The notes under the pieces were generated by a model. The model was not told the DNA's origin and made no database searches. It saw nothing but the letters and a program-made list of their open reading frames with translations. Positions 18,763 through 27,900 of a stretch of DNA of 57,027 nt are shown in pieces (the stretch's first letter is position 1; every line of letters begins with the position of its first letter). A program made the translations under genes and the position numbers. The stretch spans positions 1-57,027 of the forward strand of contig JBGSJB010000168.1 in the NCBI GenBank assembly GCA_041742175.1, written 5' to 3'. The stretch is from Pirellulaceae bacterium (GTDB taxonomy: Bacteria; Planctomycetota; Planctomycetia; Pirellulales; Pirellulaceae).

Positions 18763-19491
18763 TTAAGCGATACGCAGGTCGCGGCAAGTCTGCTCGTAGC
18801 TGCTTTCCAAATCCAACGAAATGGCAAATGTCTCTGAAAGCCAGAGTGGCAAAACGGGCAGCGATTGGTTGAGAGCAAGCGTTTCATTCCATGCTTCCAG
18901 CCAGAACTCTGCGCCGCGCGGATGCCAACGACAAGACACCGCATAGGTTGCTGAGGGTGGCACAGAGAGTTGCGGGTCGAGTTCGCCGATCAAGGATAAC
19001 AACTCGCTGTACAGATTAAAATCCTTCGACGTCACAATGTCTACGAGCACTACGCACACGCTATTGCGAAGAAGTGCGGCATACTTCGCCACAAATTGAG
19101 CCCGTGTCTCGGGGCGGTCTTTGTTGCCAGGACTAATCAACTCTATCGCGGCCACCAAACGACGGTCGCGCCGGACATCGTAGACTCGCACCTCGTACTC
19201 GTCGATGTCGCCAAGCGCAGTTTGGATTTCCAGCGATGGTTGCGGAGGTGCGTACAGTTCTGTCGCCAAGCCGCCTTGGGAGTCACTACTGGTAGCCAGA
19301 ATCGACTCTTGATCAAACGTTCCAACGTCAACTTCAATTTGCGCCCCCACGTGCACATGCGGTCCAGCCACATAGTTAGCAGGCAACAAGCGTCCAAGAT
19401 GCTGAACTAAGACAGCGGGCCATTGTCCGTAAATTTCTTGGTAACTTGACGTTCGTGAAAGCGGGGGGCGAAAGTGATCGCGAAGTGGCAT
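18763..19491 (-). CDS. DUF4058 family protein (restriction-endonuclease-like fold)
   Basis: MPLRDHF start; EVDV; AAIELISPGNKD; LPVLPLWL..LDLE.SYE.TC. Confidence 0.8.
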   Translation of the reverse strand: MPLRDHFRPPLSRTSSYQEIYGQWPAVLVQHLGRLLPANYVAGPHVHVGAQIEVDVGTFDQESILATSSDSQGGLATELYAPPQPSLEIQTALGDIDEYEVRVYDVRRDRRLVAAIELISPGNKDRPETRAQFVAKYAALLRNSVCVVLVDIVTSKDFNLYSELLSLIGELDPQLSVPPSATYAVSCRWHPRGAEFWLEAWNETLALNQSLPVLPLWLSETFAISLDLESSYEQTCRDLRIA

Positions 19492-19622
19492 AATGGTGCA
19501 GTCTCCTCGGTTTCATCATAGTATCCGCTTGGCCAAGCATCAATGAATCGAAGTGATGCCGGCGGAGACATGCGATGAAAGTGGAACGCCGATTTCCAAT
19601 TTTTGATTTCCGAGTACTGAGT

Positions 19623-19654
19623 GCCGTGACGGCGCTGCGCTTGTTACGGCCTAC
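19623..19654 (-). repeat. GTAG REP element of a second sequence class
   Basis: Minus strand reads GTAGGCCGTAACAAGCGCAGCGCCGTCACGGC (stem GCCGTAAC/GTCACGGC). Confidence 0.65.
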
Positions 19655-21853
19655 GTGTCTATAGGTCCCTTGCAATTGAGCGAGAAAGTGTCTTCGATTG
19701 ACTGCCTGAAACAGATCGACGAGTTGACGAGAGTAGATGCTCGCTCGCGCAGAAGTTGGAGCGTCAGTGGCCGATCTACTTTGATTCTGATGCTAGTTGC
19801 GTTGGTTGCAGCGTCTTGGGGATTGAACGCAGTGATGCCTCCAGCAAATCTCGAGGCCGAGTTCAATGGCCGCCTGCCGCTGGTTTACTGGTATAGCGGA
19901 CCGGCTGGACAGCAACGCGACTACAGCAATGATCCGCATGAGATCAACGAAGATCCGATCAGAATCATGAGCGTCGATACGGGCGAGATCACCAGCGCGA
20001 CTCGAGCTGAGATGGTTTGGCGCTACGGTGTCAACGGAAGGGGCGAACGCCTTGAATTGGTGGTTCCCATCACAGAGCCGTCACCCGCCAACGCAACAGA
20101 ACAACCGGCTGTAGCGCGGGTGCATGTTTACTTCAAAAACATGGAAACTGGTAGTTCGCTGCACGTTGAGTTCGATATGCCTGGGGTCTGTCATCGCATT
20201 GTCAACAATCGTTACGCCGTAAGTCGAGATCACACTCAAATCTACGCCGTCGATCTGGAGGACGCGACGCCTTTGGTATTCAGTATCGCTTCGGCTCGTA
20301 CTGGCACGGATCTATCGGTCAATGCGATTTATGGCACGGAGTTACTTCTTGAGGTCCATCCACCGAAGCAACCCAATTCGACACGCCACAAACTCGAACT
20401 GTTCAGAATAGCGGATCACCAGATTCAGTTGGCGAAGACGCTCGAAATCAGATGCTTTGTCGGAAGATTCGGCGGATACACTCGCTACGATGGACAATTG
20501 CTGACCCTAAGCGTGGATGGTAAGAGCGTTGCCTTTCATTCGCTCGACAGTTTGGAACTAACCAAAACAGTCGAGATTTCTGAACAGATCCTTGCCGAGT
20601 ATGACGTGGACTTTGTCGAAGGCGTTTTATTCCACGGAGTCAACAAGCAGACTGGCGAAGGAGCTTACTTTAACATCCTCACGCTGCAGAGACTCAAGTT
20701 GCCGCCGAGCGTGACCAACATTCGTTGGCTCCCGGCCTCAGGGGATCGCTATGGGTGTTTCAGCGATAGAGTCAAACCGCAATCGCTGTCAGTTTACGAC
20801 ATGCAACAGCATCGCGTTTGCTTACAAGTTCCGAATCCGCAAGACCTATTGTTGTTGGAAGACGGGCGATTCGCTGTTGTCTATCCGTCATTTGGTGTTA
20901 CCACGATCGTTTATGATTTACGAACTGGTAAGTCCATTCGGCAAGCACCTTATCGATGGTGTGCGATAGCGCTTGCGGCCACGATGCTTGCGTGGTTCGG
21001 TTGGTGCATCGCGTGGTTGGTCATTTCCGCTCGTGAAGGCAGCCCATGTTGGCTCGACCTTGGGATGATCTTTCTCGTTGTGCCTGGAATTTTGGCGTCT
21101 GTTGGCGTTGGAGCGCTTCTACCAGTCCGCCCAAGTCTGTTTGTGCAGGTGCATGTTTCGGTCAGCGTTATCGTCGGCGTGTTCTTAGGCTTGCTATGCT
21201 TGAGCGCAATGTGGAGTGGGCTAAGACGGCAAAGGCGCTCGATGGATATGCTACCGGTGACTCTTACCTTCGCAGCGCTAATCTGGTGGCTGAACTCAAT
21301 TCCTAGCAGCAATGGATTACGACCTGCTTACTTGCATGTCGTCGTGTTAGCTTTCATGCATGCAGTGGGAATCTTCCTCGCTAGCGTCATCCTGCGGAAA
21401 GCGAAATCATGGTACCTGACGCAAGGCGAAACTCTATCGGTTTCGACGGGCGAGCGGCATCGCGTGACATTGCTTGACCTGTTCATCTTCATGGCGTGCT
21501 CCGCAGTGATCGTCGCAGCAACGAAACCGTACTTTCAATCGTTGAGCTCTTTTCGTGTCTTGTACTTTCTTTCGCCAAAGTTGCTGGTAACTCCGGTTTG
21601 TTTTGTCGCCGCATTGGCCGTCTTCACTCCCCGACAAAGGACCTTCCGTTTGGCATGCGCGACAGCGGTCTTCGTTTGGCTGCTTTTCGTTGCGCTCGAA
21701 GTGTGGGTCTTTAGCGGCTACCGACGAGACCTATTGCTGAACTTCGACCGCTCCGCTGCTCGAACTATTATCGTGGCAGCGACGAGCACATTTATCTGCG
21801 CGTTAGCATTTCGTCTACGCAATTACCGGTTGCTATCTGGAGTAGAAAAGTAG
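19655..21853 (+). CDS. Hypothetical membrane protein: N-terminal anchor, beta-rich extracytoplasmic domain, multi-TM C-terminus (true start probably downstream, ~19724)
   Basis: 732-aa ORF with the described hydrophobicity pattern and the planctomycete-type 'RVTLLDLFIFMA' motif. The annotated GTG abuts a REP. Confidence 0.65.
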   Translation: MSIGPLQLSEKVSSIDCLKQIDELTRVDARSRRSWSVSGRSTLILMLVALVAASWGLNAVMPPANLEAEFNGRLPLVYWYSGPAGQQRDYSNDPHEINEDPIRIMSVDTGEITSATRAEMVWRYGVNGRGERLELVVPITEPSPANATEQPAVARVHVYFKNMETGSSLHVEFDMPGVCHRIVNNRYAVSRDHTQIYAVDLEDATPLVFSIASARTGTDLSVNAIYGTELLLEVHPPKQPNSTRHKLELFRIADHQIQLAKTLEIRCFVGRFGGYTRYDGQLLTLSVDGKSVAFHSLDSLELTKTVEISEQILAEYDVDFVEGVLFHGVNKQTGEGAYFNILTLQRLKLPPSVTNIRWLPASGDRYGCFSDRVKPQSLSVYDMQQHRVCLQVPNPQDLLLLEDGRFAVVYPSFGVTTIVYDLRTGKSIRQAPYRWCAIALAATMLAWFGWCIAWLVISAREGSPCWLDLGMIFLVVPGILASVGVGALLPVRPSLFVQVHVSVSVIVGVFLGLLCLSAMWSGLRRQRRSMDMLPVTLTFAALIWWLNSIPSSNGLRPAYLHVVVLAFMHAVGIFLASVILRKAKSWYLTQGETLSVSTGERHRVTLLDLFIFMACSAVIVAATKPYFQSLSSFRVLYFLSPKLLVTPVCFVAALAVFTPRQRTFRLACATAVFVWLLFVALEVWVFSGYRRDLLLNFDRSAARTIIVAATSTFICALAFRLRNYRLLSGVEK

Positions 21854-21904
21854 TCCTAATCAGTAGCTGCCAATCGTCCCAAAATTGCTTGCGACTAATG
21901 CGAC

Positions 21905-24900
21905 TTAGCGAGTCCAATCGAGTGTTCTATCGGGCTCGGAAAGTTTAACGCTGAATTGGTGCCAGTCGTGAGGAACGCTTGGGGCAAGCGTGGCGTCGTC
22001 GCCGGTGATCTTTAAGCCGAGTTGTTGTTCAACAATGACGCGGTATAGCCATGCGGCTGAGCCGGTGTACCAAGTCCAACCGCCTCGGCCTTCGTGCGGA
22101 TGGACACCGTACACATCAGCGGCAACCACGTAGGGTTCCGTCTGATAGCGGAGAACTTCTGCGGGTGAAAGTGCATGGTTGATGGGATTAATCAAGTCTA
22201 GCAAACGCATCGCTTGATCGCTCTCACCAAGCTGAGCGAGCGCTTGGACCATCCAAGTCGCAGCATGCGTGTACTGGCCGCCGTTCTCGCGAATCCCTGG
22301 CAAATAGCCTTTGATATAGCCTGGATCCAGTTCGCCTTTGTCAAACGGAGGCGTGAACAGCAGGATCAACCCCGTATCGATTTGCACCAGACGATTGACC
22401 GCTTCGTTCATCGCGCTGCGAGCACGTCCTGGATTCGCATCCGCAAACACCGCCCAGCTTTGCGTCAAGGAATCGATCTGGCACTCGTCATTCTCAGACG
22501 AACCCAGTGGCGAACCATCATCGAAGTAGGCACGACGATACCAAGCTCCATCCCAAGCTTCCTTTTCAATCGCATCTCGCAACTTGATGGCGATCGCTTG
22601 AAAACGTTCGAGATTTTCGTGGTCGCCACGTTGCTGCATCACAGGCACGAACTTCTTAATCAAGACTAAAAGGAACCAGCCAACCCATACGCTTTCGCCT
22701 TTACCGCCTTCGCCAACTTTGTTCATGCCGTCGTTCCAATCACCGCAGCCCATCAGCGGCAAACCATGCTCGCCGAACTGCATCGCTCTGTTCATCGCGC
22801 GCACGCAGTGCTCATAAAGCGTCGCACTTTCATTTGCAACTCGTGGCATTTCATAGCGTTCGATCTCGTGCTCTCGCAGTTCAGGTGATTCCAAGAAAGA
22901 AACCATTTCGTCAAGCACGCTCACGTCGCCAGTCACTTCGATGTAGTGACTTGTTGCGAAAGGTAACCACAGCAAGTCGTCTGAAAATCGCGTGCGCGTG
23001 CCTTTGCCGAGTGGAGGATGCCACCAGTGCTGTACATCACCTTGGATGAATTGCCGCGATGCAGCGAGCAGCAAGTGTTCACGCGTGAGCTCAGGTCGAG
23101 CGTAAACAAGTGCCATTGAATCTTGAAGTTGATCGCGGAAACCGAAGGCGCCGCCCGATTGATAGAAAGCGGATCGGCCCCACATGCGACAACACAGCAC
23201 TTGGTACAGCAGCCAATGGTTGACCAGAATGTCGAGCGCGCGATTGGGTGTTTTGACTTGCACTTGTCGAAGCGTCGTTTGCCAGGATGACAACGCAGTG
23301 TCGATCGATTGATCAACGGCCGCTTGGGTCTGGTACTTGTTGAGTAAGTCGAGTGCTTCCGTTTCATCGCGACCCGCGCCGAGCAGAAACGTAAATACGC
23401 GAATTTCTCCAGCAGCGAGCGCTGCATTTACTTGTAAAGCCGCGCACGGGTCGAAACCAACTCCAGTGCGACCGCTAAGTGTTTTTTCGCGGAGCCCCGC
23501 AGGCTGTTCCCAGGTGCCGTTGCGACCGATGAAGTCCGCGCGATCGGCGGTGTAAGTCGATGTCGCGTCTAGTGATTTTATGAAAACAACTTGATGTGAA
23601 TATTCAGGATGAAAAGGATTGCGAAACAGCAATGCATGGTTTTCACTATCGATGGCTGATTGCAGGTACCAATGCGATTGCTCGCGCGTCACACCCAAGA
23701 CGAGGTCGGCGAAGTACGATACGCTGACATTACGACTGCGTTGCGAGCGATTCGTGAGTTCGAAGCGAATGAATTTGACCGGATCGGTCTCAGCAACTGA
23801 AAGCTGCACGCGTTGCGACCAAGTGTGATCTTGTTTTTCAAAGACCGCAGAGCCCGCAGCGTACTTCGCCCAGCAATCACTGCCTACGTTGCTATTCAAA
23901 TGCGAAGATTTCGACGATCGCGGCAGGCAAGTGTAAGGCAGCCATGTTTCACCGCTGTCGGTGTCTCTTAGATACAGCACTTCGCTGGGCGGATCGCAAA
24001 CGGGATCGTTCGACCAAACCGTCAGCTTGTTCTCGCGACTATTTTCAAACCAAGTGAACCCGCCTCCGGACTCAGTAACTAAAAAGCCCAGACGTTTGTT
24101 GGCGACAACTTGGGACCAAGGCATGGGCGGCAACTGATCCGAACGTACACGAATGTGATATTCGCGTCCGTCGTTAGCAAACCCACCGGTACCATTCCAA
24201 AACTCGAGGTCGGTTTGCAGCGAGCTGGCTCCGGCGTTTGCCACCGAGCCATTTGCAATGCTGGCAGCAATAGGCAACTGCCCTGTCGGCAACTGCCCTG
24301 TCGGAAACGACTCAGCGGTTTGTGCAAGTGCTAGTGCGCGCGCCTGAGCAGATTCGATTTGCTGTATAACAGTTCCTTGGTCTCCGTGCAAGACGCACGC
24401 TGCGACGGTTTCAAATAATGCAACTTCGTCCGTTGGCAATTGCGAACCGCGGAGCAAATACACACTTGGATGGTCGGGCGAGTGGAAGATTTCGCGCAGC
24501 AGGTTGACGATCTGGTCCTGCAACGCATCAAAGTAGCTGCCGGGGTAATCGTTGATCAAAACAAGATCGGTGACAAAACCACGCTCGCGCCAAAACCGCT
24601 GAGCCAAAGCCAATTCGCGAACGAAGGCGAGTTGTTCGGGTTCGTTCACATGAGCAAGCATGATGGGAACATCGCCCGAGATACCGTGCCGCCACAAACC
24701 GCTTTGACCAAGTCGATTTTGCTTGATGCGCTCCGCATCGCCTCGCAAGCTCCAGTGCGGATAGAGCAGGTACGATGCCAGCCGCTGGTAAAGGTGCACT
24801 TGACCGGGAGTTAGATGTTGATGACGCAGTTCAACTTGCGCGTAGGCCCACGCCAGCTCGAAGACGCGCTGAACATTCCGCAGCTCATGATATTGATCGG

Positions 24901-27900
24901 CAAGCGCAAGCGCCTGTTGTCGGTTCTCGGCAACTGCCGTGGTGTAGGCAAGCGTAATCGACGCGCCGGGCGGCACCTCAACTTCGCAACTGAGTGAAAA
25001 GATAGGATCGAGCACAGCACCGGTTGTGCCGGTGGAAGATGAGCTTTCAACGTCTCTGTCACCTTCAAAGTATTGCGGCGAACGGATCGAACGGCGTCTA
25101 CCTAAGAACGCTTGACGACTCGTCTCATGTTGAATGTTGCGAACTGCGCCCGGCGTCACGGCCAGTACGTGCAACGCCCACTCAGCTTGCTGTTGACTAT
25201 CGCGCGGTCGGCGCCGAGCGAACAATGTCGAGTCCTCTTCGATAAACTCCGTTTCAACGAACAACTTCTGAAAAGCCGGATGCGCCAAGTCGGCAGCTGG
25301 CTTAGCTAACGATACTTCCGCATAACTCGTGACTTCAATGCGTCGCGTTTGATCACCGTGATTGATGATTCGAAGTTGTCGGATCTCGGCGTTGTTTTCT
25401 GGCGAAACAGCAACTTCCAGTAGTGTCTCAAGGTCACCTTGGCGGCGATGGAAGTCAACTTTGTCAATCGCGAAGATCACTTCGTATTCATCCGGCGTAA
25501 CGCATGTCGGCTGATACGTCGCTGACCAGACGCGTTGCGTGTTGAGATCGCGGAGGTAGATGTACTGTCCCCAGTTGTCCGCGGTCGTATCAGCTCGCCA
25601 TCGCGTGACATCGAGGCCACCCGAACGACTAAAGCCGCTACCGACACTCGATAGCATCACACTGTACTTGCCGTTGGACAGCAGATGCGTGCGTGGACTT
25701 GGACTTTCAAAGCCGATCAGCCGGCGACTTGTCAATTGCTGCTCTTCGGGCACTGTCTGCAAGAGCTCCGACTCATCGGCTTGCGGCTCAAACGGAACAA
25801 TCGTCGCTGGCACACGCTCTTGGAGAAGCAATTCCGCGGCGCGTGCCATCGGGTGCGAATTGAATCGCCGTTGGATGCACTGGTTGTTCAACACATTGGC
25901 GAGCGCGAGCAGACTCATACCTTGATGGTGAGCCATGTAGCAGCGGACGACGAGACGGCGTTTGTTGATTGGCACGCGTTCGCTGGTGTAATCAAGCGCT
26001 TCATAAAATCCCCAGTGACCGAGTGCGCCCTCTTTTATCAAGGATTGCAAGTTTGCAAACGCTGCTGCGGGATCGATGGGGAGCGCCATCATTGTCGAGT
26101 AAGGCGAAACAACGAGGTCCTTTGCTAACCCTCGTTTCAGCCCCAACCCTGGCACGCCGAAAGATCGATAGTGATAGTCAGAGTTGATCGCCAGCGCTCC
26201 ATAAGCCGACTCTGAAATCCCCCAGGGGACTTTGTGCAACCGCCCATATTCTGCTTGCTTGGCGATCGCCGTACGGCAGCTCTGCGTTAGGATCGAGCCC
26301 TCGAAGTGACGTTGAAAGAGCGGCGGCATTAAATATTCAAACATCGTGCCGCCCCATGAGAGCAGCGAGTATTGGCCTGCAGCGAGAGTTGCATGGCGAC
26401 CGAGTCGGAACCAGTGGTTCGCTTCGACGTCACCCTTGGCAATCGCCAAGTAGCTCGCTAGGCGAGACTCGGAACAGAGCATGTCGTAGTGCGAACGATC
26501 CAGTTGCGCTTCTTCGATGTTGAAGCCAATCGAAAACAACTTACGCTCCGAGTTGTATAGAAAACGAAAGTCCATTTTCATAGCCATCACTTCAACTCGA
26601 CCAGCGATGCGAGTCAGTCGTCGCAGTGTGGTCGTCGCAGCTTGTGAGCTAGCAGTAAGCGATTGCGAGAGTTCGCTGGGTAGACCTTCGCTGGATAGGC
26701 CATTAGGCAATTTGGAATTCGCTGCAATGTCCGCCAATTCGCGGAGACTCATCGGCCGCAACAGTGCTTGCAGTGCGGAAGCTTCAGGTGTTGAGGGCGC
26801 ACTCGTGTACGTTGCTCGCTGCGACTCCAGTTCCGGTCGACGCAATTGCAGTACGTGCGGCACCCATGCATACAACTCATCGAACTCAGTCAGGATGCCA
26901 GCGAGTCGTTCGTGAACGAGGCGAGTTTTCTGGCGCAGCCGTTTGTAATGGTCGTTTGATGACCGTTTCGGCGAATCGGCGAAGGAACTGGTTGCAAGAA
27001 AAGTAACAAAGTCCCGGAGCGCTGGAATCGCCCTAGCCCAATCGTCCCAGCCTAGCTGTGCGTTCGCGTACTCGCTTGCAACGAGGTGTGAAGCGGCACG
27101 CAACTGCTGCGCATAGCGTTTCAGTTCAATCGGATCTTCGCTTGTGACGGCATCGCAAGCTTGAATGAGCAAGCTCAACGAATCCGAAACTCCCCTGCGG
27201 TAGCGATCCAAATCGAACGGCTCGTCAACTAACTCAAGAATTCCAGAATGCAGCGTTAATAAACAAGCGACTAGATTGCCGCTGTCGACGGTGGAGACGT
27301 AGCGAGGGGTCAGCGGTTGAAGCGTCTCGGTGTCGTACCAATTGAAGAGATGACCATTCAGTTTCTCTAGTCGATCGAGCGATTCCAGGTTTCGTTCTAG
27401 CAGTTCAAGCACGCGACAAGTGCTGGCGAATCCAAAATCGTGTGCGATCAGCGTTGAGACTAAGAACAGTCCCTCGTTGGTCGGCGACAACCTGCGAGCC
27501 ACTTTTTCATGCGGCTCTTCTTGAACATTGTCAACTGGCAACCAGTTATCCGCAGCCGTTACATAGGCTTCGAAAAAACTCCACGTCTCAGAAACGAGCA
27601 ACCTCAGTCGCTCTCTTTGATCAACATCCAGCGTCGAGCGATCGAGCGGCAAAGGTCTGTTCAGCAACGCGATTATGGCTGGAGCGATCAACCACAGCAC
27701 GAGCAAGCCAGCGGCGAACGGCAACGCAGCGGCGGGGAGAGTCAACGCGAGTGCAATCGCGAGCGCTGGCAAAATCCAGAAGTCAGTCAAGCTCCGCCAA
27801 GTTGAAGCGTGTATGCGTTTTTCAACAGCCGCCGCAGTCTCCCACTCGAGCAGATGCTTGCGAGATACACAAACTCTCCAAAGCGTTCTCACAACAGCGT

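Noticed and set aside
24273-24304. 15-bp tandem duplication (TGQLP x2) in ndvB
   Set aside because: In-frame slippage in an interdomain linker; no evidence of function.
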